64,000 nt of DNA from assembly GCA_043808015.1 (NCBI GenBank), contig JAZDFI010000029.1, positions 32,001-96,000 on the forward strand, written 5' to 3'. A program made the position numbers and the translations under genes. The stretch's first letter is position 1. Each line of letters opens with the position of its first letter. The notes under the pieces were generated by a model. It saw nothing but the letters and a program-made list of their open reading frames with translations. It searched no databases and had not been told where the DNA came from. Shown here piece after piece: positions 29,434 to 39,771 of this stretch. This DNA comes from Candidatus Aenigmatarchaeota archaeon (GTDB lineage: Archaea; Aenigmatarchaeota; Aenigmatarchaeia; QMZP01; QMZT01).

Positions 29434-30462
29434 ATGTTCTCGCTCAAAGAGATGGTAAAGGAAATTTCGCTCTCTTCCGGTCTCAGCGAAGGTGATGTGG
29501 AACTGAGAATAGAAGATAAACAGCTGGAGCTTTCCGGCCTTGTATCGCCTGAGGGGGCTGCATACATAGTCGGAAAGGAGTTGGGCGTCAGCCTGTTAAA
29601 AGAGTCACCGAAGAGGGGGCTTAAGATAAAAAACGTTGTCCCTGGCATGAGATCGGTCGACGTTGTCGGGCGTATAATACGAATTTCTCCCAGAAAGGAT
29701 TTCCAGAGGGACGGACGCCTTAAAGGCGTTATAAACGTCACCCTGGGCGATGAAACCGGCGTTCTCAGGCTTTCATTATGGGACAGCGAAACAGAAATTG
29801 TCGAAAAAGCCGACATGAAGGAAAATGATGTAATGAGCATAATGAATGCCTACGTTAAGGAAAACAACCGCGGCGATATCGAGCTCCGCCTCGGCAGGAG
29901 CGGCAGGATAAACAAGTCCGACGAAAAAATACCCGAGATTAACGAGATAAGGAAGGACGTCGAGTCCGTGAATGCTAAGAGCATTGCCGACCTCAGAGAG
30001 GATGAGTTTAGCGAAATAAAAGCCTCGCTTATACAAGTGTTCAAAAGAAATCCATTCTACAGCGTCTGCCCGTTATGCGACTCGCGGCTGGAGAAGGATG
30101 GTAATGATTCAAAATGCAAGGATCACGGCAAGGTCGAACCTAAATACAATCTCGTGATTTCAGGCGTCGTTGACGATGGCACGGGAAACGTGCGCGTCGT
30201 GTTCTTCAGGGACATGGCCGAGAAGATTTGCGGTAAAAACGCTGACGAACTCAGAAAAATCGCATTAAGCCAGGACCCGTCATCTTTATGTGAAGACGTG
30301 AAGCTGGGCCGTGAATTTGTGATAAGAGGCCGCGTGAAGAAAAATGAATACGCCGACAAGATTGAACTTGTCGCCAGCAGCGTCGAAGACGTCAATCCCA
30401 GGAGAGAATCCGAGAAACTGGTGCAAAAAATAGAGACGTTGAATATTAAAAATACGAAATGA
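29434..30462 (+). CDS. rpa: Replication protein A (OB folds plus zinc finger)
   Basis: GDETG.LRL.LW, CPLC...C..HG, DDGTG.VR..FF; upstream of radA. Confidence 0.9.
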   Translation: MFSLKEMVKEISLSSGLSEGDVELRIEDKQLELSGLVSPEGAAYIVGKELGVSLLKESPKRGLKIKNVVPGMRSVDVVGRIIRISPRKDFQRDGRLKGVINVTLGDETGVLRLSLWDSETEIVEKADMKENDVMSIMNAYVKENNRGDIELRLGRSGRINKSDEKIPEINEIRKDVESVNAKSIADLREDEFSEIKASLIQVFKRNPFYSVCPLCDSRLEKDGNDSKCKDHGKVEPKYNLVISGVVDDGTGNVRVVFFRDMAEKICGKNADELRKIALSQDPSSLCEDVKLGREFVIRGRVKKNEYADKIELVASSVEDVNPRRESEKLVQKIETLNIKNTK

Positions 30463-30489
30463 ATATTTAAGCCCTAGTGAGGTGTTGGT

Positions 30490-31473
30490 ATGGCAAAAGA
30501 AGTTGAAGTGAACAAAGAGAATAAGGATATTGAAAATCTTCCAGGAGTTGGGGAGAAAACCCTTGAAAAATTCATAGAAGCTGGTTATGATAATCTCATG
30601 GCTATAGCCGCAGCTTCTGCCAGCGAGCTTGTAGCTTCAACGGGCATAGGCGTCGAAACCGCCAATAAAATAATCGCTGGTGCGAGGCAGAAACTCAAGA
30701 TGGGTTTCGAGACGGCAAAGGAAGTCCTTGTCAAGAGGGAAAACATTGGAAAGATAACAACATGCGCGAAAGAACTCGACAAGCTTCTTGGCGGCGGCGT
30801 GGAAACGCAGGCCATCACTGAGATGCACGGCGCTTATGGCTCCGGCAAATCGCAGCTTGCACACCAGCTTTCCGTTTCTGTGCAGTTGCCGAGGGATAAA
30901 GGCGGCTTAGACGGGAAAGTGATTTTCATCGACACCGAGCAGACGTTCAGGCCTGAAAGGATAATACAGATGGCTGAAGGCCTTGATCTGGATTCTGATA
31001 AAATTCTCGAGAACATATTCTTTGCCAGGGCTTACAACTCTGACCATCAGGTGCTTTTGATAGAAAAGGCCGAGGAAATCATAAAGAAGGAAAACGTCAA
31101 GCTTATAGTAGTCGACTCGCTTACATCGGCATTCAGGTCGGATTACACTGGCCGAGGCACGCTTGCTGACCGCCAGCAAAAGCTTAACAGGCATATGCAC
31201 AAGCTTCAAAGGCTCGCCGACGTCTACAATCTGGCCGTTTACGTGACCAACCAGGTCATGTCAAGGCCCGACGTCATGTTTGGTGACCCGACCGCTCCAA
31301 TCGGCGGGCACATTGTAGGCCACCAGGCGACATATCGCGTCTATCTGAGAAAGTCAAAAGAAGACAAGAGGATAGCCAAGCTTATAGACTCTCCTAACCT
31401 ACCAGAAGGCGAGACTATCTTCAGGGTTCTGCTCGAGGGCGTGAGGGACGCAGAAGAGGGCTCTAAAAAGTGA
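30490..31473 (+). CDS. radA: DNA repair and recombination protein RadA
   Basis: LPGVG Hh[34 protein letters not shown]; no intein. Confidence 0.97.
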   Translation: MAKEVEVNKENKDIENLPGVGEKTLEKFIEAGYDNLMAIAAASASELVASTGIGVETANKIIAGARQKLKMGFETAKEVLVKRENIGKITTCAKELDKLLGGGVETQAITEMHGAYGSGKSQLAHQLSVSVQLPRDKGGLDGKVIFIDTEQTFRPERIIQMAEGLDLDSDKILENIFFARAYNSDHQVLLIEKAEEIIKKENVKLIVVDSLTSAFRSDYTGRGTLADRQQKLNRHMHKLQRLADVYNLAVYVTNQVMSRPDVMFGDPTAPIGGHIVGHQATYRVYLRKSKEDKRIAKLIDSPNLPEGETIFRVLLEGVRDAEEGSKK

Positions 31474-31765
31474 GACTTCTAAGCTTCAAAAACCTCAACA
31501 CGTGCTCTCTTGTCATGTTTTTGTTTTTCAGGCGCACGAATTTTATTTTCAGCCCCACATCGTCGAAGCCTTCAGGAACGGTAATTTCGACATAGGGCGA
31601 CATATAGAGGTCCAAAGTCCGGGAAACCGTCCATTTGTGGAGACCAGTCGCCTTCGCTATTTTTGATACCGTAAGCAACTGCCCGTTCTCCGCGGTCTCT
31701 TTCAGCAGACTGAAGATCCGTATAACGTTTTTTACGGTATTCTTGTAGAATTCCCTTTCAGCCAT
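31463..31765 (-). CDS. Small HTH-domain protein
   Basis: [22 protein letters not shown] helix-turn-helix pattern. Confidence 0.7.
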   Translation of the reverse strand: MAEREFYKNTVKNVIRIFSLLKETAENGQLLTVSKIAKATGLHKWTVSRTLDLYMSPYVEITVPEGFDDVGLKIKFVRLKNKNMTREHVLRFLKLRSLTF

Positions 31766-31837
31766 GATAATATATTTGACCGGGTCAAATTTAAGCCTAT
31801 GGCTAATGTAAAAAATGAAAATAAGAGAGAAAGGTAT

Positions 31838-32101
31838 TTAGATTATATCTTTCTCTGAAACGATTACGAAATCGCCTACAGACTTGACCGCCGAGAAAGG
31901 CACAAGAGTTCTGCCCTTGTCGTCTTCCTGGAGATTAAGTTCGCCTGCATGCTTTGTGGGCTGAACCAGAACCAGATTTATTAACTCCCCAGATTCAACG
32001 ATGTAATCAAGGTCGCCAACGACACCGAATTTCTTGCCACTTTCTTCTGAAATCAGGATCTTGCCTATAAGGTCCCTGCTTCTTACTCTTTCATCTGCCA
32101 T
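31838..32101 (-). CDS. PRC-barrel protein (CdpB-like, possible cell-division role)
   Basis: LIGK....GKKFG.V.DL...SGE; VPFSAVKSVGDFVIV. Confidence 0.85.
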   Translation of the reverse strand: MADERVRSRDLIGKILISEESGKKFGVVGDLDYIVESGELINLVLVQPTKHAGELNLQEDDKGRTLVPFSAVKSVGDFVIVSEKDII

Positions 32102-32152
32102 AAAAACCCTCCCGCTAGTGATATTTATATTATGAAAGAATCTATTTAAAAT

Positions 32153-33247
32153 TTATGCGTGGACCATTAACGTTCTTATTTTGTCAGATAAGACGTATTG
32201 GAAGCTCTTGCCGCGCCTTTTTCTGATGATTGTGCCGTCTTTCACCAGCCTTTTGAGTATGTTGTTTATCGATCTAATCGCGTTGTCCTTGCTCTTGTAA
32301 TCTTCCATGTCCATCTTTTCAACAATCTCGGTTGGTGTCATCTCACCATATTTCCACAGTGTTTCGATTATGTGTTTCTGTTTCGATGGCAAATTGTCAA
32401 GCGAACCGAGTGAAATTCTTTTTGGTGAATGATGCATCACGTGTGAAAACTCGCTTTCTCTCAGGAAGTTGTGGTCTATTGTGGATACGTTATTTTCCAT
32501 CGCCTTCTGAACAAGATCGTTGCACAGTCTTATGACTTCCCTCGGGAAGCCGCCGCTTTTTTCGTATATCTCTTCCACAGTTTCCGATGTGAATGGCTTT
32601 ATATCTTCGCCGCCGGCCCATTCTATGCGTCTCTTTATCAGTTCTCTGGTTTCGGTTTTGGTGAGATTTGTGAGCTCAATTTTCGTGCTCATTCTACGAA
32701 TGAATGTTTCAAGCTTGTCTCTCAGTACGTTCTCTAGAATAGGAAGGCCTGCAATGACCACTGTGAGGTTTTCTATCTGATCCGTCAGCGTCCGCAGCCA
32801 TTCAAGCGTTTCTGTGCTGGCTTCGTGACTTTCATCGACAAAAAGCGCTATCTTTCTGTTCTTTGTTTTTTTGTTCACCCATTCACTAAGGTTGTATATG
32901 TTAACTTCACTTCTGCGTGAAAATAGCCTTTCGAACGTTCCTGTTCCTATGAAGTTGGTGAAGATCTTCACCCAGTCGTCCTGATTGCTCGGTGGCTTTG
33001 ACAAATAGAAAACCTTTCTCTGTTTTTCGAAAGATTTTGCGAGAAATTTGAGAAGGGTCGTTTTGCCTGAGCCCGTGGGGCCTATAAGAAGGGACATTTT
33101 ATCCTCGCTGCTTATGCTAGAAGCGAGTTTTTCCAGTTCCTTGCCATGTCCCACGTACAGACCGGGCATTATCTTGAAATTGAATGGATTTTCTTTCCAC
33201 TTGAACATCTTCATGTATTTTTCATCCAAGTTCATGCTGAAGTTCAT
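32153..33247 (-). CDS. AAA+ ATPase (ExeA/GspA-like) with C-terminal winged helix
   Basis: W.ENPF, GPTGSGKTT, LFVDESH, SGGFPREV, C-terminal wHTH; start trimmed to 33247. Confidence 0.8.
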   Translation of the reverse strand: MNFSMNLDEKYMKMFKWKENPFNFKIMPGLYVGHGKELEKLASSISSEDKMSLLIGPTGSGKTTLLKFLAKSFEKQRKVFYLSKPPSNQDDWVKIFTNFIGTGTFERLFSRRSEVNIYNLSEWVNKKTKNRKIALFVDESHEASTETLEWLRTLTDQIENLTVVIAGLPILENVLRDKLETFIRRMSTKIELTNLTKTETRELIKRRIEWAGGEDIKPFTSETVEEIYEKSGGFPREVIRLCNDLVQKAMENNVSTIDHNFLRESEFSHVMHHSPKRISLGSLDNLPSKQKHIIETLWKYGEMTPTEIVEKMDMEDYKSKDNAIRSINNILKRLVKDGTIIRKRRGKSFQYVLSDKIRTLMVHA

Positions 33248-33370
33248 AATTTCATATAATTCGTGAATGAATTTAAAAGCTTTTCGTGAAGGTCGTGTAA
33301 ATCGTGTGAAAATGTAGTGTGATATATGTGAAATGACAAACAATTTATATAATGGCGGCATATTCATCTA

Positions 33371-33919
33371 ATGAGATGCTTTATATCAATAGATGTTGAT
33401 GATCGCCTCAAAGAAAGCATTTTGCAGATTCAGAAAAATATTTTAAATTTGGGCGTTGATGTGAAAATGGTAGAACCACAAAACCTCCATTTCACCGTCA
33501 ATTTTTTGGGTGAACTGGATGAAAATAAAATAAGCAACGTGAAGAAGCAACTTGACTACGTGAAGGGTGCATGTGAATTTGAAGTGAATGTCGCGGGTCT
33601 GGGATATTTTGGAAATGAAAATAACATAAGAACGCTTTGGTTGGGCCTGAAAGCTGGTGAACGTGAATTATCTGACTTGATGTCGGATGTAAATGAATGT
33701 GTGAAAATCGGCGAGAAATGCACAAAACCTCATCTTACAATAGGAAGGGTTAGAAGTGGTTCCGGCAGAAAGGATTTGCTCGACTTTATAAAAAATCACT
33801 CAGATGTGAACATAGGTGAAATGAACGTGAAGTGCGTGAAGTTGAAAAGAAGTGATCTTGGCGCCAGTGGGCCGATATACGATGTTTTGTACGATGTTAA
33901 GTTGGTTTCGCATGAATGA
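33371..33919 (+). CDS. thpR: RNA 2',3'-cyclic phosphodiesterase (2H family)
   Basis: MRCFISID, two H-x-T motifs (LHFTV, PHLTIGR). Confidence 0.92.
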   Translation: MRCFISIDVDDRLKESILQIQKNILNLGVDVKMVEPQNLHFTVNFLGELDENKISNVKKQLDYVKGACEFEVNVAGLGYFGNENNIRTLWLGLKAGERELSDLMSDVNECVKIGEKCTKPHLTIGRVRSGSGRKDLLDFIKNHSDVNIGEMNVKCVKLKRSDLGASGPIYDVLYDVKLVSHE

Positions 33920-34298
33920 AAAGACGCTGACAAAAATATCAGTAGTTGGATCTGTGTTAAGTATAATTTTACTGTATTTTATGACTCTGAACATCATTCC
34001 TGAGGGAATGGCTATCGGTAATCTTGATCGATCATTAATTGGCAGAAGCGTTAGCATAACCGGAAAAATAACTTCACTCTACGTGAACAACGGTAACATG
34101 TTCATGAACGTCGCTGACGAAAGCGGTGAAATAAAGGCAGTGTTATGGAAAGATACTCTGGAGATGATCCGTATCAATGACATTAATCCTGATACATTCG
34201 AAGTCGGTAAAAAAATAGACATAACAGGTGAAATCCAGGAATATAAAGGGGAACTTGAAATAGTGCCTGTGAAAGGCGTTGTGAAGCTGGCTGATTGA
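33912..34298 (+). CDS. Membrane-anchored OB-fold nucleic-acid-binding protein
   Basis: N-terminal TM; V.ITG.I, D.SG.I..VLW, G.I.EYKGELEI. Confidence 0.8.
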   Translation: MNEKTLTKISVVGSVLSIILLYFMTLNIIPEGMAIGNLDRSLIGRSVSITGKITSLYVNNGNMFMNVADESGEIKAVLWKDTLEMIRINDINPDTFEVGKKIDITGEIQEYKGELEIVPVKGVVKLAD

Positions 34299-34299
34299 A

Positions 34300-35331
34300 T
34301 CATATGCTAGTGCTGGCGCTCTTCACGAGCTCGGTCACCAATATCACGGCATTCTTCACGTCATTCATGTCTGCTACCTCTGTTGGTGTGTGAAGGTAAC
34401 GTGAAGGTGTCAATATTGCGATGGATGGTATGCCTTCCCTTATCATCGGTGTAACAGACGCGTCGGTCGCTCCTCCTGAAAGGATGTCGAACTGGATTTT
34501 TATTTTGTTCTTTTTAGCTACATCTTCAACCCATTCCTTCATCTCGCTTTGTATTATGCTGATAGCATCTTTCACTACAAGGACTGGACCCAAACCCATT
34601 CTGGCAGGGGCTTCGTATGGCTTTAACTCGGGCGTGTCGCCAGATGTGGTGGTATCGAGTGATATTACTACATCCGGATTTATGCTGAAAGCCGAACCCC
34701 TCACGCCAACAAGGCCTATTTCTTCCTTGACCGTGCCGACGGCGTAAACCGTGCCTTTGAATTTCTTCAGATTTTTCATGACTTCTATCATGACTAGGCA
34801 GCCAATTCTGTCATCAAAGCCGTGAGCTGTTATCCTAGAACCATTTAGTTTGTTGAACTCTCCATAAATCGTTATGAAGTCCCCCAATCTTATGCCAATT
34901 GCTGCAACTTCTTTTTTGTTTTTGGCGCCTATGTCTATGAACATGTCGTTCAACTTCACGATTTTGTTCACGTCTTCTCTGTCCTGCAGATGAATCGGTT
35001 TCGAGCCAATGACACCTATGACCGGGCCTTTCGTGCCATGTATTTTGAACTTCTGCGAAAGCAGAACTTTCGGGTCCCAGCCACCGACTGGCTCGAATTT
35101 TATGAAACCGTCTTCATCGATGTATTTGACCATCAGGCCAACTTCGTCCATGTGGGCGGTGAGCATGACTTTTGGCGAACCAGACCCCTTCTTGCAAATC
35201 AGGTTGCCTATCTTGTCAATCTTTATTTCATCAACATAAGGTTTGATTTCTTTCGATATCAAATCCCTTATATTTTTTTCGTAACCCGAAATAGATGCTG
35301 AATCGACAAGTCTTTTTAATAAATCTTCCAT
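34300..35331 (-). CDS. M42 family (TET) aminopeptidase
   Basis: AHMDEVG, FDDRIG, KEEIG, YLHTP. Confidence 0.94.
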   Translation of the reverse strand: MEDLLKRLVDSASISGYEKNIRDLISKEIKPYVDEIKIDKIGNLICKKGSGSPKVMLTAHMDEVGLMVKYIDEDGFIKFEPVGGWDPKVLLSQKFKIHGTKGPVIGVIGSKPIHLQDREDVNKIVKLNDMFIDIGAKNKKEVAAIGIRLGDFITIYGEFNKLNGSRITAHGFDDRIGCLVMIEVMKNLKKFKGTVYAVGTVKEEIGLVGVRGSAFSINPDVVISLDTTTSGDTPELKPYEAPARMGLGPVLVVKDAISIIQSEMKEWVEDVAKKNKIKIQFDILSGGATDASVTPMIREGIPSIAILTPSRYLHTPTEVADMNDVKNAVILVTELVKSASTSI

Positions 35332-35391
35332 TTTCTCACCCACATAAGTCTAATAATAAAATATTGTAAGGCGTCCTATAAATCTGTTGTT

Positions 35392-36666
35392 TTAAACAAT
35401 ATCCTCTTTTGACAGGATGCCCACCGGCGTTGACTTTATCATTTCCTTTTCCATGCCTATGAGGAACTTCACGCCTTTCTTTCTGGCTATCATATCCAAC
35501 CTGTAGTCGACTTTTCCGTCGAATATGACCGCATACGGGTTATCGAGCGTTTTCAGCGTGTTCTGCAGTTCCTTGGTAGGAACCTTTCCTAGCAGGTTGA
35601 ATGATGAATCGAATATGCAAGCCGCCCTGGTGCCGATGAGCTCATCAAGTGTTTTTTTGAAATTCTTTTTCTGCTCGTCGGTTATCATCACTTTTCTCAC
35701 AAGCGATGACTGCTGCGTTCTGAAGTCCCTTTCCCTGTTGTCATCGATACTCCTATCAATATTCCTTTCCTGTATGTGTTCCGGTCGCTCTTGCGGCCTG
35801 TCGCGCCTTTCGAAATTGTTATTGCTTTGGGGCCTGTCATTCTTGCCTTCTACCTTGAACTGCGAGGCCGATACTTTGTCCCTCAATGCCTTGAAAACTT
35901 CCTTCTTTGAAAGCTCCTCCACTTCCTTGCCTTCCGGGGCAATGGCGACAAAGTCGACTTCCGATGTTTCCAGTAGGCTCTTCAGGTTAAGGCTGCCGCC
36001 CCTGTCTCCGTCGAAGAACGCGGTTAACGTCTTCTCTCTGGAGAGGCTCACTATCTGAGGCGGTATTGAACTGCCCTCTATTGCTATTACATTTTTTATG
36101 CCGAATTTGATGAGGTTTATTACATCCGCTCGCCCTTCGACGACTATTATTTCCTCGGACTCCATTATGCCTGGACCGCATGGCAATCCCTGCCAAGTCG
36201 TTATTTCATAAGCCTTTATTTCCTGCTTTATTTCTTCCGCCATTCTGCTCGTGTCAGGAATGCCTTTTTCGAGAAGTTCTTTCAGTATCGCCTTCGCCTT
36301 TTCGATGACAAATTTCCTTTTAAGTTCTCTTGTGTCCTCAACTGATTTAAGTATAATTTTAGCTATGCACGGGCCTACCCTTTCTATAGTTTCCAGCGTA
36401 GCCGCTATCAGAGCGGTCTCGGCCGAATCAAGAGATGAAGGTATTATCACTTCACCGTGCGATTTGCCCTTTTCCGAGTTTATGTTGACTTCTATCCTGC
36501 CTATCCTGCCTGTCCTCTGCAACTCTCTCAAATCAAGGTCTGGACCGAGCAATCCTTCTGTCTGCCCAAAAATAGCTCCTATCACATCAGGCTTTTCTAT
36601 TACTCCCTGAGCATCTATCTCTGCTTTTACCACGTATTTTATCGAAGTTGGTGCAAGTTTTGACAT
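35392..36666 (-). CDS. dnaG: Archaeal DnaG (primase-like, exosome-associated)
   Basis: DVIGAIFGQTEGLLG, VVEGRADV, DGDRGG. Confidence 0.96.
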   Translation of the reverse strand: MSKLAPTSIKYVVKAEIDAQGVIEKPDVIGAIFGQTEGLLGPDLDLRELQRTGRIGRIEVNINSEKGKSHGEVIIPSSLDSAETALIAATLETIERVGPCIAKIILKSVEDTRELKRKFVIEKAKAILKELLEKGIPDTSRMAEEIKQEIKAYEITTWQGLPCGPGIMESEEIIVVEGRADVINLIKFGIKNVIAIEGSSIPPQIVSLSREKTLTAFFDGDRGGSLNLKSLLETSEVDFVAIAPEGKEVEELSKKEVFKALRDKVSASQFKVEGKNDRPQSNNNFERRDRPQERPEHIQERNIDRSIDDNRERDFRTQQSSLVRKVMITDEQKKNFKKTLDELIGTRAACIFDSSFNLLGKVPTKELQNTLKTLDNPYAVIFDGKVDYRLDMIARKKGVKFLIGMEKEMIKSTPVGILSKEDIV

Positions 36667-37045
36667 GAAAATCATCCTCCACTACTGACATCTTCTCCGG
36701 GCTGTTTAAAGCTCCGAAGTCTTCTATCTTGTTTTTGCCAAATTCCATTAGTTTACACCTTAGCTTTGTGTTTGGCTGTTTGCCAAATCTCTGGAGCAGG
36801 GTTTTCAGTTTCCTTTCCAGCATCCTGCCCTTTTTATCGAAATCCGTCAATATTACTATTGGCTTTTGTGAGTTCGACGCGACCTCTGCCACTTCGTAAA
36901 GTGGCCTGCCATTGATCGCAATAATATCTTTCAGGCCAAGGCTTTTTAAAGCTTTTTCATCCCAGCCACCCTCGACAATAACTAGCGCGTCTTTCAGGTC
37001 GTCCAGTATATTTTGCAGTCTCTCTTCATCGATTTTTGTTTTCAT
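36587..37045 (-). CDS. Small TOPRIM-domain protein (RNase M5-like)
   Basis: IVEG..D..AL and ILTDFDKKG; upstream of dnaG. Confidence 0.85.
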   Translation of the reverse strand: MKTKIDEERLQNILDDLKDALVIVEGGWDEKALKSLGLKDIIAINGRPLYEVAEVASNSQKPIVILTDFDKKGRMLERKLKTLLQRFGKQPNTKLRCKLMEFGKNKIEDFGALNSPEKMSVVEDDFHVKTCTNFDKIRGKSRDRCSGSNRKA

Positions 37046-37881
37046 GCAAAAGCATCCACTATATCCCTTTGCGTTATTATGCCCACAAGCTCCTCGTCGT
37101 CTATCACCGGCAGCCCGCCCACGTTCATGCTAGTCATGAGGCTTACTGCATGCGCGACGTCCGCGCCGCCGCTGATAGTGACTGTTTTTCTCTTCATTAT
37201 GTCTTCGATTCTTGTTTTATCCGAAAAGAAGCCTGAATATTTGCCCTTCAGCTTAAGGTATGACAGTATATCGACAGGCGTGACCACACCCAAAAGGATG
37301 TTATTCTCCACGACCGGAAGGCGCCTGGTTCCGCCTTTACACATCATCCTAGCCACGTCATAAACAGTGTAATCTCTCCTGACGAATGTTGGCCTCTCTA
37401 CCATGACTTCACGCACTTTCACGCCGGTATTTTCTTTCACTAGCTTCATGAAATCCCATTCTGAAACTATCGAAACTAATTTTTTAGAGTCGACTACCGG
37501 GAAGAAACCCATTTTTTCATGCCTGAAAACATTCAGCGCCTTTCTTATGCTGGTCGTGTGATGGATCGTCCTGACGTGTCTGGTCATTATGTCGCTTATC
37601 TTCATGTCAATCCTTTCCCTGTTAATTTTGAAGATGCTGTGCTTTTCACCGCCGCCGAAGAGGTCGAGAATGTCAATCGAAGAGACGATACCCTTCAGAT
37701 GGCCACTTTCGTCTATTACCGGCATTTTCCTTATGTTTTTGCTTATCATCGCCCCCAGGACATCGACAAGTTTGGCATTTTCATGAGTAGCCAGGGGTTT
37801 GGATGATATTTCGGTTACCGGCTTGCCGGAATCTATGATGTTTTCCAAACTTATTCTATTCCCACCCATGCGACCACCCAC
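37042..37881 (-). CDS. Four-CBS-domain protein
   Basis: Repeated R.LPV.D...L.GIVT..D units. Confidence 0.9.
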   Translation of the reverse strand: MGGRMGGNRISLENIIDSGKPVTEISSKPLATHENAKLVDVLGAMISKNIRKMPVIDESGHLKGIVSSIDILDLFGGGEKHSIFKINRERIDMKISDIMTRHVRTIHHTTSIRKALNVFRHEKMGFFPVVDSKKLVSIVSEWDFMKLVKENTGVKVREVMVERPTFVRRDYTVYDVARMMCKGGTRRLPVVENNILLGVVTPVDILSYLKLKGKYSGFFSDKTRIEDIMKRKTVTISGGADVAHAVSLMTSMNVGGLPVIDDEELVGIITQRDIVDAFA

Positions 37882-37921
37882 CAGACACTTTATTTTAAGC
37901 CGGCCTTAATAAATAATTTAT

Positions 37922-39307
37922 ATGGCATGCGAAAGTGTGATTGCGGCGGTTCTCTCGGAAATAACTCCAAGCCAAAAGGAAAGGGATGAGTTTTCGGACG
38001 TTCTGGGTCTGATAGAAAACGCAGCCGACGTGATCATAAAACCCCTACGACTAGAAAAAACAATAGCCGGCTCTTTCATACGCGATACGTGGCTTGCCGA
38101 CAAAAAGGAAATGGACCTTTTCATCATGTTTCCTGTTTCATATTCAAGAGAGCGGCTGGAAAAGACGGGTCTTGAGGTGGGCAAAAAAATAATCAGGAAA
38201 CTCAGAGGGAAATATGCGATTGCATATGCTGAGCATCCATACGTGAAAGGCGTCGTTAAAGGATTTTCTGTCGATATCGTTCCATGCTACAAAGTGGAGT
38301 CGGCAAGCAAGATAAAATCCGCGGTTGACCGCACTCCTTTTCATAACATGTATATATTGGAAAACCTGAAGCCTGCGATGGCGGCGGACGTGCGTTTACT
38401 AAAACAACTCTGCAAGGCGATGGATGTTTACGGCTCGGATATAAGAACGCTGGGTTTTTCCGGATATCTCTGCGAATTGCTTGTCATAAATTACAAAAAC
38501 TTCACTGGCCTTGCAGCCGCGGCCAGCAAATGGAAATACGGCACATTCATCGACCTCCAGAAGCACGGCGCTCCGCCTTCGTCTGAGCGCTTCAAAGGTC
38601 AGCCACTGGTTGTCATAGACCCGACGGATCCTAAAAGAAACGTCGCTGCCTCTTTATCCGAGGAAAACTTCCTGAAATTCATTGATGGCTGCAGGAATTT
38701 CATAAAAAAGCCGTCGAAAAGCTTTTTCCAAATAAAAAAAATTCCGCTTAAACCATCGGAACTCGTAAGGGCGCTGAGAGCCAGGAACACTGAAGTCCTG
38801 ATTGTAGAATTTAAAAGGCCGGACGTGGTGGATGACATACTCTGGTCCCAGATGAGGAAAACTGCATCGCGTCTAAAAAAACTCATGCAAGAGAATGATT
38901 TCAGCGTTACTGGTCATGACGTTTGGAGTGATGAGAAAAAATCGTATTTTATGTTCGAGCTGAATAAATGGGAACTGCCGGAACTGATGAATCTGGTTGG
39001 GCCGCCTGTGACGTCGGAACAGCATTCCGCAGAATTCAGGCGAAAATACAAGGCGCTCAACGTCTATGATGAAAACGGCAGATGGGCTGTCAATGTCCGG
39101 AGAAAATACAGGATACCGGACATGCTCATCAGAGTTTTCCTGAAAAAAAACAGGAAAATGCTGATTAATGAAGGCGTGAGGTCTTATGTAGCGAGCGGCA
39201 TTTCAAAAGGCTTCAGGCTGCTTAAAAAAGACGAAGCGGTAAAACTGGCCGGAAAAAACGAGGGCTTCGCGGTTTTTCTAAAGAAATATTTCGAGCGTGA
39301 AGCATGA
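37922..39307 (+). CDS. cca: Class I CCA-adding enzyme
   Basis: GSF.RDTWL...EMDLF, YAEHPY, SAVDRTPFH, GFSGYLCELL, DPTDP.RNVAA. Confidence 0.96.
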   Translation: MACESVIAAVLSEITPSQKERDEFSDVLGLIENAADVIIKPLRLEKTIAGSFIRDTWLADKKEMDLFIMFPVSYSRERLEKTGLEVGKKIIRKLRGKYAIAYAEHPYVKGVVKGFSVDIVPCYKVESASKIKSAVDRTPFHNMYILENLKPAMAADVRLLKQLCKAMDVYGSDIRTLGFSGYLCELLVINYKNFTGLAAAASKWKYGTFIDLQKHGAPPSSERFKGQPLVVIDPTDPKRNVAASLSEENFLKFIDGCRNFIKKPSKSFFQIKKIPLKPSELVRALRARNTEVLIVEFKRPDVVDDILWSQMRKTASRLKKLMQENDFSVTGHDVWSDEKKSYFMFELNKWELPELMNLVGPPVTSEQHSAEFRRKYKALNVYDENGRWAVNVRRKYRIPDMLIRVFLKKNRKMLINEGVRSYVASGISKGFRLLKKDEAVKLAGKNEGFAVFLKKYFEREA

Positions 39308-39771
39308 ATCTGGCATTTCACTTCCTGTTCAATTACATTTTTCTAAATGCACTTTTTGGCGGCGCGTGGCAGTATCTGCCGGTCATATTGGTTTTTTCAG
39401 TGATTATCGATTTTGACCATCTACCATATATGTTAAAAACCGGTAGGGGTGTCGTCAAAAAAAGGTTTGGCTCTGCATGCAGGACCAGATTTCATGAGAT
39501 ATACGGCCTGGCCATCTTTTCGCTGGTTTCGTGCGCGCTTTACTTTTTTGCGGACGCCAGACTAGTCGCGTTTGCAATGGGATGTCTGGTACTGCATCTA
39601 TCTATTGATTTCATTACCGGCAAATCCGTTCCTTTCAAACCATATTCCACCAAAGAGACGTTCCTTGACATAACACCTTCCGGCTACTGGAATAAGATAT
39701 TGTTCGAAATAACAGCAACTGCTATAATGGGGGTGCTTTTCTGGCTGCAAATAGCAAGCTTGGTTTTGTGA
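39304..39771 (+). CDS. Membrane-bound metal-dependent hydrolase (YdjM/DUF457-like)
   Basis: H near N-terminus, IDFDH, RTRFH, HLSID motifs with TMs. Confidence 0.65.
   Translation: MNLAFHFLFNYIFLNALFGGAWQYLPVILVFSVIIDFDHLPYMLKTGRGVVKKRFGSACRTRFHEIYGLAIFSLVSCALYFFADARLVAFAMGCLVLHLSIDFITGKSVPFKPYSTKETFLDITPSGYWNKILFEITATAIMGVLFWLQIASLVL

Noticed and set aside
35386-35400. GTTTTAAACAAT as another operator copy
   Set aside because: Imperfect, overlaps the dnaG stop codon and lacks the spacing seen at the three main sites
36587-36666. Programmed frameshift fusing the TOPRIM gene to dnaG (80-nt overlap)
   Set aside because: dnaG has its own ATG and a GGAGG-like SD, and no clear slippery site was seen
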